Shown: piece after piece, positions 13,509 through 25,590 of the stretch
Numbering within the stretch: the first letter of the stretch is position 1
Layout of the letters: each line of letters opens with the position of its first letter
NCBI GenBank assembly: GCA_965603825.1
Contig: CBFDEM010000030.1
Span: 248,001-312,000 of the forward strand
Direction of reading: 5' to 3'
DNA: 64,000 nucleotides
From: Blepharisma stoltei ATCC 30299
Taxonomy: Eukaryota; Protista; Ciliophora
Translations under genes and position numbers: made by a program
The notes under the pieces: model-generated
What the model was told of the DNA's origin: nothing
The model's input: the letters and a program-made list of their open reading frames with translations, nothing else
Database searches by the model: none

Positions 13509-14114
13509 ATGGGAGCTTGTTGTAGCTCAAACCCCTTAGGTATCGCTACTATACCAAAAGAGCTTCTATCGAATCTCATAAACAAAACAAAACTCACTAT
13601 AATGCATGGAGATATTACATTAGAAGTAGTTGATGTTATAGTAAACTCCACAAATGTTAATTTAATTCACAAAGGTGGTGTGGCTGAAGCTATATCTACG
13701 CATGGAGGAGCTACTATACAAGAAGAAAGCAATAAATATATTAAAAATAACGGACCACTAACAGTATCAAGTGTAATCGTAGCTCCCCCTGGAAAATTAC
13801 AATGTAAGCGTTTATTTCATGCAGTCGGCCCAATTTATATAGATGGCAACAAGCATGAGGCTGATCTTCTATCAAAAACTATAGAAAACGCATTAGAAGA
13901 AGCCCAGAAACTGTCTATGAAATCGATTTCATTCCCAGCCATCTCTAGTGGGATTTTTTCATTTCCTAAAGTCGAATGTGCAGGAATTTTCTTTTCCACT
14001 ATCCATTCCTTTCTAGAGAAAAATCCGAATACTTGTATAGAAGAAATCAGACTGATAAATAATGATTTTCCGACAGCAAAAGTGTTTGAACAAGAGTATA
14101 AGAAGAGAAAATAA
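13509..14114 (+). CDS. Macro-domain (ADP-ribose binding/hydrolase) protein with N-terminal acylation motif
   Basis: GDIT, VIVNSTN, GGVAEAI, HAVGP, AISSGIFSFP; starts MGACCS. Confidence 0.9.
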   Translation: MGACCSSNPLGIATIPKELLSNLINKTKLTIMHGDITLEVVDVIVNSTNVNLIHKGGVAEAISTHGGATIQEESNKYIKNNGPLTVSSVIVAPPGKLQCKRLFHAVGPIYIDGNKHEADLLSKTIENALEEAQKLSMKSISFPAISSGIFSFPKVECAGIFFSTIHSFLEKNPNTCIEEIRLINNDFPTAKVFEQEYKKRK

Positions 14115-14184
14115 AATAATTAATTTAGGCTGAATTTATATTAAGAAAGACCCTTTAGGTAATGATATACGAGTAATACTTAAA

Positions 14185-15177
14185 ATGGCGGGAACTGCTA
14201 TGCAACTAGACGAAGAAAGTGATCTTCCATGGGTCGAAAAATACCGCCCTAACAGTTTATCGGACCTTGTAGCTCACGAAGCAATCATTTCTACAATCAC
14301 TCGTTTTGTTGAAGAGAAGAAGCTTCCTCATTTACTCTTTTATGGTCCTCCAGGCACAGGAAAAACATCCACAATCTTGGCTGTTGCCAAACAAATGTAT
14401 GGGAAATATTTTTCATCTATGGCACTAGAACTCAATGCTTCTGATGACAGAGGAATCAATGTAGTCCGAGATCAAATTAAAGCATTTGCAAGCACACAAC
14501 AAATTATTAGTAAAGGTGTAAAGCTCGTGATTCTAGATGAAGCTGACTCTATGACAAATGCAGCACAATTCGCTTTGAGAAGAATCATAGAAAAATATAC
14601 GAAAACTACAAGATTTTGTTTAATAGGGAACTATGTATCGAAAATTATCCCAGCATTGCAATCAAGATGCACAAGGTTTCGATTTATGCCGCTACCTTAT
14701 GATGTGGCTGCGACTAGAATTAGAGAAATTTCTGTTTGTGAAGGGCTGAATTTGACTGATGATGGGTTAAATGCGCTTTTGGATTTAGGGCAAGGGGATA
14801 TGAGGAAGAATTTAAATATTTTGCAAAGCACTTCTATGGCTTTTAAGGTCATTGACTCAGACGCCGTATATTCATGCACTGGGAACCCTAATCCTAGACT
14901 AATAGATAGGCTATGCGAAATCCTGCTATCTATGAATTTCACTGAAATATATGCAGAGTTTAATGAAGACCGAATTACCTTAGGCTTTGCATTGAGCGAT
15001 ATAATCAGAGAAATTCATAAAAATATGATCAAAATTGATTTTCCTGAAAAAATGAAAATTTTTTTGATCAAAAGAATGTCAGAGATTGAGATGAGACTAA
15101 GTAGTGGGGCTAGCGAAAAGGTGCAGCTAGGATCACTTATTGGTGCATTTGTAGAGGCAAGGGCACTTCAATTTTAA
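14185..15177 (+). CDS. RFC5: Replication factor C small subunit (RFC5 / yeast Rfc3)
   Basis: PWVEKYRP, GPPGTGKT, ELNASD, DEAD, SRC; LPHLLFYG is typical of RFC5. Confidence 0.93.
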   Translation: MAGTAMQLDEESDLPWVEKYRPNSLSDLVAHEAIISTITRFVEEKKLPHLLFYGPPGTGKTSTILAVAKQMYGKYFSSMALELNASDDRGINVVRDQIKAFASTQQIISKGVKLVILDEADSMTNAAQFALRRIIEKYTKTTRFCLIGNYVSKIIPALQSRCTRFRFMPLPYDVAATRIREISVCEGLNLTDDGLNALLDLGQGDMRKNLNILQSTSMAFKVIDSDAVYSCTGNPNPRLIDRLCEILLSMNFTEIYAEFNEDRITLGFALSDIIREIHKNMIKIDFPEKMKIFLIKRMSEIEMRLSSGASEKVQLGSLIGAFVEARALQF

Positions 15178-15189
15178 TTAAAATTAATT

Positions 15190-15771
15190 TTAGCTTTTTG
15201 ATGATAGCATCATGCTTTTACAAGCAGTAACTATATCCCAACTATCAGCAAGCCCACCCATTCCAGTTTCTCCTGAGCCATAAATTCCTGTTGTGGTATC
15301 TACAAAATAAGAATTTGTATAAACTGTTTTGATTTTATTGATATGCTCTGCAGTAAATGGGTTTGAAAACATCATAGGATTCATAGCTGGAGCTAATATC
15401 AACGGTTTTCCATTAATAAATTGCTGCACAACTTTCGTCTATTTATAAATCACCAATAAGTTATCATGCATCCCAATCGCAATTTTTGCTAATGTATTAG
15501 CACCAATAGGAGCAATTATAAGTGCATCTGCTCATTCATATAATTTTTCAGGACCGTATTCAGTGTCCTCTCCAAAATTCTCTGATCCATCATCTCTTAT
15601 GACTTCACATCCATTTCAATCTTTAAAGAAAAATCGTTCAGCATTCTTTGTTAGCAATATTTTGACTACACAATTTTCTTCTGTCATAAGCTCGCACGCA
15701 ACTGGGATCGAATTAGCAGCTGCACATGATCCAGACGCTGAAACTAATATATTTTTCCCTGAAATATCCAT
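15190..15771 (-). CDS. HFCD flavoprotein (PPC decarboxylase/Hal3-like), divergent active site
   Basis: NILVSASGS, (W)ADALIIAP, ANTLAKIA, DNLL, PAMN; 15-nt intron 15439-15453. Confidence 0.85.
15439..15453 (-). other. 15-nt intron GTGATTTATAAATAG
   Basis: GT-AG with in-frame TAG inside the conserved DNLL-T motif. Confidence 0.88.
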
Positions 15772-15797
15772 TTTAAAAAGATTTAATTAAATTTGTG

Positions 15798-16172
15798 TTA
15801 TAATAATACGCAACCATGGCAGGTTGAATAGCCTTGTATTCTGCTGATTTTCTTTTGATTTTCTTCTGATTTCCTTGAATTAAAAGAATTTGTTAAACTT
15901 TGAGATCTGTCCTTTACCGCTAGAATTTTTTCTAAATAGAGATAGGATTCGGGTTTATTTTCTGACAATGCAAAGCTTCCAATAAGAGATTTTACATCTT
16001 TTTCGAATATTTCTCGAAATTTTGGTGAATTCTGATGTGGTTCTTTTTTTGCTTTTTGTCATGGAGAATTTGAATAGCTCGTTACCGCGCTACTTGGTGA
16101 TTTTTCAAGCTGCTCTTTAGCTTTTTCAGCTAATGGCATGCTGATTTCCTTTACTTCTATATCAACTTGCAT
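15798..16172 (-). CDS. Small 124-aa protein ending in a CaaX prenylation motif
   Basis: Open ATG-TAA frame with one TGA; C-terminus TCHGCVLL. Absent from the ORF track. Confidence 0.65.
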
Positions 16173-17173
16173 ACTATCTGATTATTTTTAATACCTCAAA
16201 TTACATTAATTTACCTTAAATTAAAGCCATTTATTTTGTATTGGAAAATGAAATCTAACAGAATTATAATTCAAAATATTATAATAAATTCATGATAAAT
16301 TATTTCGTGCTTTTATCTAGCTTAAGTTTAACTTTAGCATAGCTATATTCGTAGTTTTATAATTATTTAAAACCCTTCAATAAATTAGTTTCTACCTTTG
16401 CTCTTTTCTGCTGACAAAATTATTAAGATCGGAGCAAAGAAAGAATCTATTTTGCAAGTGGACAGCTAAAGAAGCCACACAGTTATCTGATATGAACTAC
16501 TAGTACAGACATGAACTACTAAGTTTAATTCATATTTCTCTTTAACTATGAAGGATATTTAAGATATTTAACTAACATCATTCGCCTTCTTAATAAATAA
16601 ATACACTCAGGATTCGTATATCTCCTCTTCATTCATTTCTTTTTATTGGGATATTTACTCGAGAGTTTCTTAAAATATTACTATTATTTAATTTAATAAA
16701 AAATTTAAGCTCGTATTGTTGAATGATCCAAAATAATAAAGTTAATTTACTAAAAAAACTTGAAATCTTGATACTGAAATGAATAAATCATAATTTAATA
16801 ATAATTTCCAAAACTGTTTTTCATCTCAAACTTATAGAATGCGGTCTTATCTTCCTATTTCTAATATTTATTTATTTTAATGCTCTTTTAATTATTGAAA
16901 GTTTTTAAGTTTTTCTTTATGATGATATAAATAGTAATTTTTAGAGTGCATTAATCTTAGTATTGCTTACAAATAAAGTTTGTAAATGCCTAGAGTCAAA
17001 GTTTCATCTCAAGTATTTTCATTCGCTAGAATTCATGCATATCCTGAATTAAAAATTATCTAAACTGCACAAAATTCACAAAATTTTCACATTGAGCTTG
17101 TCAGTCCCTCATACTTTGATTTTCACATCTTGAATTTTACTTTGCGTCGATCCCTATTCATTTTACCATAAAA

Positions 17174-17593
17174 ATGAGTAAAAGAGGTGCAGGTAATTCT
17201 GGTAACAAGCTGCGTGTTACTCTTGCCCTTCCTGTAGGTGCATTAATCAACTGTGCTGACAACACTGGAGCAAAGACTCTTTACATAATGGCCGTCCACA
17301 GAATTGGTGCTAGACTCAATCGTTTGCCAGCTGCATCTGTTGGCGATATGGTTTTAGTCACTGTAAAGAAAGGAAAGCCAGAATTGAGGAAAAAAGTTAT
17401 GCCAGCCGTTATTGTTAGGCAAAGAAAACCATGGAGAAGATCAGACGGAATCTTCATTTGCTGTGAAGATAATGCTGGTGTCATTGTAAACCCTAAGGGA
17501 GAAATGAAAGGTTCTGGTGTTTCTGGACCAGTCACAAAAGAATGTGCAGATCTATGGCCTAGAGTTTCATCAAATGCTGGAGCTATCGTTTAA
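17174..17593 (+). CDS. RPL23: 60S ribosomal protein L23 (uL14)
   Basis: [30 protein letters not shown]. Confidence 0.98.
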   Translation: MSKRGAGNSGNKLRVTLALPVGALINCADNTGAKTLYIMAVHRIGARLNRLPAASVGDMVLVTVKKGKPELRKKVMPAVIVRQRKPWRRSDGIFICCEDNAGVIVNPKGEMKGSGVSGPVTKECADLWPRVSSNAGAIV

Positions 17594-18343
17594 ATAACAC
17601 ATTTCTTAATAAATACCTAGTTATCTAGTTATCATGATAAAGATAAGAAACAGTGTAAAACTGAGTGATCTTGTAAATGATACTTCTTTAATGTGTTCAA
17701 GACAAATTCAAAATATTTAACTCTCTATTATGATGTGAAAGTCAAAGAATTCAAATAAAAGGGTAAAAAAAATTGAGTTTTTACATGCATGTAATAATTA
17801 TAATGCAATACTTAAGTAACTTCAATTTTATTTAATAATAAGCCAAAAATCGATATTGAAAATGAGAATAAGGGTGAAAGAAAAGAGAGCTATAATGAAT
17901 GAACCTTGATTGATTTAAAGTACCAAAAAATATTTATCTTGATAATATTTATTTACCAAAGAATAATTAAATTCAGGAGATGTCTAATTCAGAAGAAAAA
18001 TTCAATAATGAAAATAAAATGCTAATTTGACATTTATACATATCTGTCCAAGATTATCATTTTTTGTTTTAAATCTAAGTTGTCAATAACAGTCAAAGGT
18101 GATACTTAAAGAGATATCCTAACTCTCTGTGATTTCCTTTAAAAATAATCAATTTTCTGGCTTGAACTTCTTTTGGCAATTTTTGCTGATTAAATCTTGA
18201 ATTTTTCCCTTCAAGTTAACGTTTATATATTCATTTAATCAATTTATAATTCTTGTCTTTTAATTTAGCTATATTATTTTATTTTCCAAGTGAAATTTTT
18301 TTTTAATTTTGTTGTAAGGAAACTCTTCATAAAAGTAATATAA

Positions 18344-19615
18344 ATGGGACTGATCCAATTCATTATTCTTCCAGGCATCTTAGTGCTAGCCTCCTTTTTT
18401 GATAACACACAAGTCCTGGTACTTGACAAAGATCTATTTGAAGAAAAGGTCTTAAAATCTACTGATATATGGTTCATCAACTTTATATCCTCAAACGATC
18501 TCAGATGTGAAAGATTGCTGCCCAAATGAAATAAAGCTGTCGAGGAATATAAAGGAAAGGTAAAATTTGGAGTCTATGATATGACGAAGGATGAAAGTAT
18601 CGGCTCTCGCTATGAGATAACTTTCTATCCCACAATTAAGTTTTTTGGCGCTGACAAATCTCAACTACCTCAAAAATTTATACCCGGAAAAAGCTTTGAT
18701 GACAATTTAAAAGAGGCTTATAATTACTTTACAATAAGCCAAACTTCTGGGAATGAAAAGAAAGATGAAAATGCTCGACAAATAGAATCTAAATCTTCCT
18801 ATAATCGGCCTAGGCAAGGAAATTACCCAAATCTTGAAAATGGTGTTTGGGCTTATGATGACTGGCAATTTGAGGAGAAATTATTAAAAGATGATAAGAT
18901 ATGGCTTGTTTGCTTTTACAAATCTAATGGAGAAATTTCGCTAAAATTAGTTCAAAACTTGCCAAAAATCGCGCTGTATTTTACAGGTCAAATTAACGTG
19001 GCGACAATTGATGTGCTGGCAAACCCAAAATCAGCAGAAAAATATGGTATTAATAAATTTCCCTCTTTAGAATTACTACCAAAAGAGGAAAAATCGGCCA
19101 GTTATCATGTGGAGTCATTAATTTCGTGAGAGATCATTTCAATTGTTGAAAAGACATATGAAGAATGACAAATTCAGCCAAAAATTCCTCAGTTAACTAG
19201 CAATTTTCAATTACAAGATTTATGTGGGAAATCTCTTTGTATGATTTCATTTGTTCCTACGCTATCCAATAGCAATAAAGAAAACCGTATTGCCTTGCTA
19301 GACTTTCTTCATGAATTATCTATACCACCAAAGCCAAAAGATGTGAAATTCTTATGGACAGAAGAAGGTACATATAAAGAGCTAGAAAATTTATTTGGAA
19401 TACAATCATATCCTTCATTAGTTTGCATCAGCCCAAAAAAATCATTATTTGCAAAAATGAAATCTTCATTTAGCGAATCCAAAACTAGGGAGTTTTACAG
19501 CAGCGTCTTAAGAGGAGGAGTCCCTGTTATTTCATACAGCTCTTTGCCTGAAATACCTACAACAAATCAATGGCATAATGAGTTTTCAGTAAGATGGGAA
19601 GGAAAATGTGATTAA
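18344..19615 (+). CDS. PDIA6-like protein (a-a-b thioredoxin domains) lacking CGHC
   Basis: Three in-frame fragments joined by TGA; signal peptide; paralog of 8207-9172. Confidence 0.75.
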
Positions 19616-19640
19616 GTTAGTTAAAAGAAAGTTTATTTAA

Positions 19641-20888
19641 TTAGCTATTACGAGCTGAGAGCTGCTGGTATAATTGTTCAAGTTTTGATCTCTTTTCTGC
19701 ATGCTTTCTTCTTTTTGTTTTCGTTTCTGGCTTTTTCATTGTCACTTTTTTCTCTTCTTCAATTTCTTTGCTATCTTCATGGATTTTGGGAGATCTAGGG
19801 TAGGTTTTATTTTTTGGGGACTTTGGGGGCGTTTTTGGCTTTCCTTGTAGACTTCGTGGAGGGCTTATGGAAGATTTGTGAGAATTTTTAGGCGATTTTA
19901 AAGGAGATGTTGGATTTTTTGCACCTTTTGGAGTAGGAGGACGTCTTGAATCTGATGATGATCTTGATGGAGAAACTGATTTTGATTTTTTAACTGAAAG
20001 CTTTGGGACTTTTTTTTCATAGCTTACAGTTCTTTCCAGCTCATCAAGACTTTTATTCAAAATTTGTTTTGGTTTTTCTTTGACTTCATCAACAATTCCT
20101 TTGATTTTTTCATTCAATTTTTTTATTTTTGTTTCAAATTCATCTTGAGTTTTCCCATAAGTTTTAATAATTGCTACAATTTTATCAACAGCTGCAGAAA
20201 CTTTTTCCTCAATTAAATTTTCTATTTCTATCCTGCTCATTTTTGCTATGTGCTCGATATTTCCTGAATCTTTGATCATTTTTAATTCATTTACTTTGTT
20301 TTCACAAGCTGCCATTCTTTCTAGCATATCTTCAGATAGCTTATTGCAAGTCTGCTGGGCATTCCAAGCTGATTCTACTGCATCTTTATTCCTTTTTTCA
20401 ATTTCTATCATTTTATCGACTAAACTTCCAAATCCCTCACTAAGTCGTCCAAAACTCATTTCTTTATCGTAATTTTCTGTGTCTGTGCCTTGCTTTAAGC
20501 GCATTTGTTTTTCTTCTATATCTTGGCTGGCTTTTTCAAACAGCTTCCTAACTTTTTCTTCAAGTATATCGAGGCGTTGGCTTATTTTTGTGTCAATTTT
20601 GATTATGTCACTGCCCGCGGTTTTAGTTTTCTCTTGTTCTTCGTTATAGCTTTGCTGGAGCTTTACAAGCCTTGTAAGGTTTATAATTCTGTCTTCTGAG
20701 GTGTTTATTTGGGCTTGTAGTTGTTCAACTCTTTCAACGAATCCTTGATTTATAAGGAGAGCCTGAGTAACTTTTTCTAGCTGAGCTTCTAAAGACGCGA
20801 TATAAGCTTGTTTATCTGTCATTAAGTTTGCCTTCATTTGAGCTTGCTTTTGTTGGTATTTTTCCCAATACTTCGATGCTTGAGACAT
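19641..20888 (-). CDS. Coiled-coil protein with basic SP/TP-rich tail
   Basis: 415-aa ORF, heptads, many (S/T)PxK sites. Confidence 0.7.
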   Translation of the reverse strand: MSQASKYWEKYQQKQAQMKANLMTDKQAYIASLEAQLEKVTQALLINQGFVERVEQLQAQINTSEDRIINLTRLVKLQQSYNEEQEKTKTAGSDIIKIDTKISQRLDILEEKVRKLFEKASQDIEEKQMRLKQGTDTENYDKEMSFGRLSEGFGSLVDKMIEIEKRNKDAVESAWNAQQTCNKLSEDMLERMAACENKVNELKMIKDSGNIEHIAKMSRIEIENLIEEKVSAAVDKIVAIIKTYGKTQDEFETKIKKLNEKIKGIVDEVKEKPKQILNKSLDELERTVSYEKKVPKLSVKKSKSVSPSRSSSDSRRPPTPKGAKNPTSPLKSPKNSHKSSISPPRSLQGKPKTPPKSPKNKTYPRSPKIHEDSKEIEEEKKVTMKKPETKTKRRKHAEKRSKLEQLYQQLSARNS

Positions 20889-21110
20889 AATTTTTAAATT
20901 ACTATTTCTTATTTAAATTCTTCGTGAGGTTTAATTATAATCATTTTAAGGCTCAAATCAGCATAGATCAGAAGGAAAATGATTTTAATTTATATATATT
21001 AACTTTTAGTAAAAATAATATAAATTAATCAATGCTAAATGGAGCATTGGAGTCTTTTCGCACCAGATTAATACATTTTTTTCTGAATTATTTATATTTT
21101 TAATAAAAAT

Positions 21111-21965
21111 ATGATAAAGTTAATCAGACGATTTACAGGAAATCTGACTAAAGGCGAAATAGAATTTTATGCAGCAAATGGATATTTGGTATTTCCAAAT
21201 TTCATTCCAAAATCTGATGTAGACGGTTTAAAAGAAAGAGCTTTCCAACTTATTGATAATTGGCAGCCTAGCTCGAATCATCCAATTTTTACTACTCATG
21301 ACCAGAAAAGGGTCGCAGATAATTATTTTATGGACTCTGCCTATGGGATCGGGTTTTTCCTCGAAGAAAACGCAAAAGACCCAGCGAACAATAAAAGAAA
21401 CTCGATTAATAAGCTAGGTCACGCAATGCATGACTTAGATCCAGTTTTTCAACGATTTAGCTATAACGTCAGATTTAGAAGAATTTTAAACGGGTTAGGA
21501 TATAATGCACCAGTTATAGCCCAAAGCATGTATATCATGAAACCGCCTGGAATTGGCGCAGAAGTAAAAATACACCAAGATAATTCCTATCTGATTACAA
21601 GCCCACTGTCATGTGTTGGACTCTGAGTCGCTATAGAAGATGCCAAAAAATCAAATGCTTGCTTATATGCAGTTCCTGGCAGTCATAAATACGGTTGCAA
21701 AACATATTGGGAAAGAAAAGATGGCAAAATGCTATATACAAATGATTACGAGTACTCAAAAGAAGGAGGAGTTTGTTTAGAAGTAGAAGCAGGCACCGTT
21801 GTTGTTTTGCATGGCAGCTTAGTTCATTGGAGTGATGATAATTTATCAAATGTTTCCAGACATGCATATACCCTCCATTGTGTTGAAACTGTCAACACAA
21901 CTTGGAGCCCTAAAAACTGGATCCAAAGACCTAAAGAATTCCCATTTAACTCATGGACTTTATAA
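21111..21965 (+). CDS. PHYHD1: Phytanoyl-CoA dioxygenase domain protein (PHYHD1-like)
   Basis: INKLGHAMH, QSMYIMKPP, HQD, GL(W)VAIEDA, LVH..SRHAY. Confidence 0.9.
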
Positions 21966-21970
21966 GCTGG

Positions 21971-22837
21971 TTAATTACGAAATAATTGCCCAACCTTAAA
22001 AACTTGTGTGTTTTTCTTTTTTTTCTCGTTTTGCATTGTATTCATACACCCAAAACATTGACAACTCGGCCCACATAAAATGCCACTTTGATAGCATTCA
22101 CAATATTTCTTTAAGCATGCAGATTTGCTGCAATGGCAGCCTGAATTGTGCATTTCTTTGGTTTCCCCTTTAATTGAGACTGTTTTAATCTTTGGCTTAA
22201 AAGCTGTCGGATTTTTTTCTAAAATCTGGTTAATGACGCTGAGCCTAATATTTTCGTGCTGCTGAATATTATAGCAATCTACACAGCTGCACCCATCACA
22301 ATAGGTTCCTGCTTTAAAGCAGTCACAATATAGTTTCAGGCATCTTGACTTTGAACAATTACAGCAGATTTTCTTATCAGTCTTGCTCAAGTGTCGAGGT
22401 CGCTTTTTTGGTTTGAAATTTGATAGAGAAGTCAATAGACTTCCGTCATCAATAATGTCATCGTGGACTTTTACTTCAACTTCTAGAGAATTTGCTTTGA
22501 ATCGTGCTGATCCTTCAAGAACCTTAGAAAAATCTAATTTTTGAATAAATCGAGTTGTGGTTGCTAAAAGGTCTGGACGAGATGTTTCTTGGCAGATTGG
22601 GGATAAGTTTCCTAGGGTAGCCCAAAGTGTTTTAGGAGTAAATGAACTATTTGGAATTTACATTTGATTGTAGTTGGATTCAGGAGATGCGAATGTTCGA
22701 ATTGGGGATAATTTAAGAATTGATTGAGTGAAAGGAGATGTTAGTGGCGTCATGGCTCTTTGTGGAATCGGTGTTAAAATATGCAATTCTTCATCTGAAT
22801 TATTCAGAAGCTGAGCCTTGATTGGAGTGGAATTCAT
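21971..22837 (-). CDS. Tesmin/TSO1/LIN54-like tandem CXC domain protein
   Basis: CNCSKSRCLKLYCDCF and GCHCSKSACLKKYCECY linked by NPTAFKPK; ATG 22837; intron 22647-22661. Confidence 0.9.
22647..22661 (-). other. 15-nt intron GTAAATTCCAAATAG
   Basis: GT-AG; removes an in-frame TAA. Confidence 0.8.
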
Positions 22838-23622
22838 TCAATTTGTAAATGGCGGAAAAGATGAGCGATATCTTATGAAAACTACAAAATTTGGAGGATA
22901 TTTAATTTAGTTAAAAACTCATAAAGCTAAACAAAAATATTTCAAAAGGAAGAGTTCATGAAATTGAAAAAATGAAGCTTTGAAATTTTTAAATTTGTTA
23001 GAAAAAGAAAAATGTCAAAAATGAGAATTCTGATACTGAAATATGAATAAAAATATTTAACTAAATAAGCCCCCTCAAGCTCAAGATAAGATTGTTTTTA
23101 AGGGCTTAATTCTCGACTTATTGCTAAAATTGAGGTTTACTAGCTCATTGCCTTCTGGCTCTATTAAAATTCAAGCTGAATTTAATTATTTTTATGCCAG
23201 TTGTGGTAGGAATGAATGCTATTTCAAACGAATGCATTTTTATAAAGCTTAAGATTTGAGAATTTTAACTGGCAGAGTGAAATAAGTTATAGCTGTACTT
23301 ATATTCTATCAATTAATGTTATGATAAAGAAAAATGGCTTTTCTTTATATATTTTAATGTAGATAGCCAACCTAAGGAGAAGATCCGACAATGCAATCAG
23401 TTAATTTTACACTTAAAATCTGATCTAGATATAATCTATCAAATATAATAAACCTTTCACAAGTTAATACTGAAAAATATAAATAAAGCATTCTCCAAAA
23501 AATTTACTATAAGGCAATAGAAAATGTAAGGTTCTAAGCATGCATTCTAAATCTCAAAATTCTTGTTTTATATATTATATTTTTTAATCCTAAAAGAAAA
23601 CCTTTACTGTAATTTTATAATA

Positions 23623-25590
23623 ATGGTAAAGTCTGCACTTATCAGTCGTCACATAGTAAGCTACAAATCAAGACACCCTCTCTACGGTATAATTCTTATA
23701 GAAAACGAAGAAATTAGTGATGTTATTATCGTGGATGACAATATTCCAGCCTCTGCTTTATTTTCAAAATTTCGAGAATGAAACCCAATCAATTACGAAA
23801 ATTATTATATCTCCCCTGGGATTATTGAAATTGGTGTGAGACCTGAGTGAGAAACCTACGTGAACATCACTAAAATGGCTGCATCAGGTGGAGTCACTTT
23901 ACTATTAGAAGAAAAATCCATACACACAGAAATCACAAATCCAATTGACGAATTATATTGCGATATCGGCTTAATCAAAAGAATTGACTCTAACAATTTA
24001 GAGGACATAAAAAAGCTTAAAAAATCTAGCGCTTTTGCTTTTAAAGGATATTTATACCCACCTAGTAACAAAGTTGCTTCATTGCCGAATGACTTGCCAT
24101 GACTTTTATCTAAGGTTAGAGATACAGGGAAGCCTTTGATTATTGATCCATCAATACCTCAAGGGAGAATGCTGCATATGGCATCACCATGCCGACATAT
24201 GAATTTAGAAGAAAGAATTGCAGCTGATATTACAAAGGATATGGAATTTTCAGCAGCCGCTTTTCCTGAATCAATCTATCCAGACGAAGAAGGCTCTCCT
24301 AACGAAGAGCCTGTTAGATGGAACTTAAACAGAACCAGATCAGGAATTCCCACCTTTTCTTCATCTAGAAATTCCTCAAAAATTGCAGAGCCACTTCGAA
24401 TTAGCAATAAATTCGACTTAAATAATCATATGCCTGACATCGAAGAAGAAGACACAATGAGAAGTCGAGGAAGAACCATTATGAGAGACATCAAAAAACG
24501 TCGACAAAGCAGTTATCATGACATTTATGAAGATCTAGACTATAGAATCAAGGTCATTGAATCTGATATACAAGCCATCAGCAAAGCAGAAATAACTACA
24601 TATCAGACTGCAGGCTCCACTGTGTATTCAAAGCAATTACCTAGAAGAAGAAGTTCGTCGTTTTCGGACTTTTCATTTAGAGAGTTTTTGCAAGCTGTTC
24701 CACAAGAAGAAGCGGCTCAGCCAGCTCCTCCTATGAGTTCTATACAAAAGAGGCTAAAAGGGAAAAGACCAATGCCATTAAACACACACATGGAAGTCAC
24801 TATCCAAAAAGATCGAATTTATCTAAACCATGTAGCAAATATTCCTGACAAATGGGAGCTAAAAGGTGTTAAAAAGATCCTTGAAGTTTTACAAGCAGAA
24901 AGCTGCAAAGTCCATATTTGCAATTTATCGTCAGCTGCTGCAGTTAATAAAATTCGTCAAAATAAGTCTACAAACGAATCAACTGTGACTTGTGACACTT
25001 GTCCTCACTATATGTCCTTTAGTGATAAAGATATACAAGACGGGGATACTAGGTTTAAAGACTACCCTCCTATCAGAAATCAGGCTAACTGCAATTTACT
25101 ATGGGAGCTGCTGAAGCTCAAGGGCATTGATATCATATCATCACATCATGCTTCTATACCCAGCGAATACAAAAATCTGGACAATGGAAGCTTCAGAAAA
25201 GCTTTAAGTGGTATAAATGGCTTAGGTTTTTCAATGCAAATTGTATGAACAGCTTTGAGCTCAGTCAATGCAAATGATTCATTAAAAGAACATTACATAG
25301 TAAGGCTCGCTAAATGATTTTCAATGCACCCAGCCAAATTATTAGGAATCGAAAGCAAGCGAGGTAGCATAGAAAGAGGCAAATATGCTGATTTAATAAT
25401 ATGAAACCCTTATCAATCGATTTCCTGCCATACTTATTCTGCTATGAAAGAAAGCTGCATTTATGAAGGGCGAGAATTGATGGGACAAGTTATTAAGGTG
25501 CTAGTCAGAGGAATGGAGGTATTTGATAACGGAAATTTCCAAGCTTATGGGGAATATTTAAAACAAAATACAATAATTAAAGATTTTTAA
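23623..25590 (+). CDS. Allantoinase/dihydroorotase-like amidohydrolase with degenerate metal site and large insert
   Basis: AASGGVT, VHICNLS, TCPHY, FKDYPPIR, HPAKLLG, GSIERGKYADLII(W); single frame with TGA=Trp. Confidence 0.85.

Noticed and set aside
16230-18340. Possible snoRNA or other ncRNA in the spacers flanking RPL23 (short inverted and direct repeats)
   Set aside because: No convincing box motifs or stems beyond chance in AT-rich DNA.
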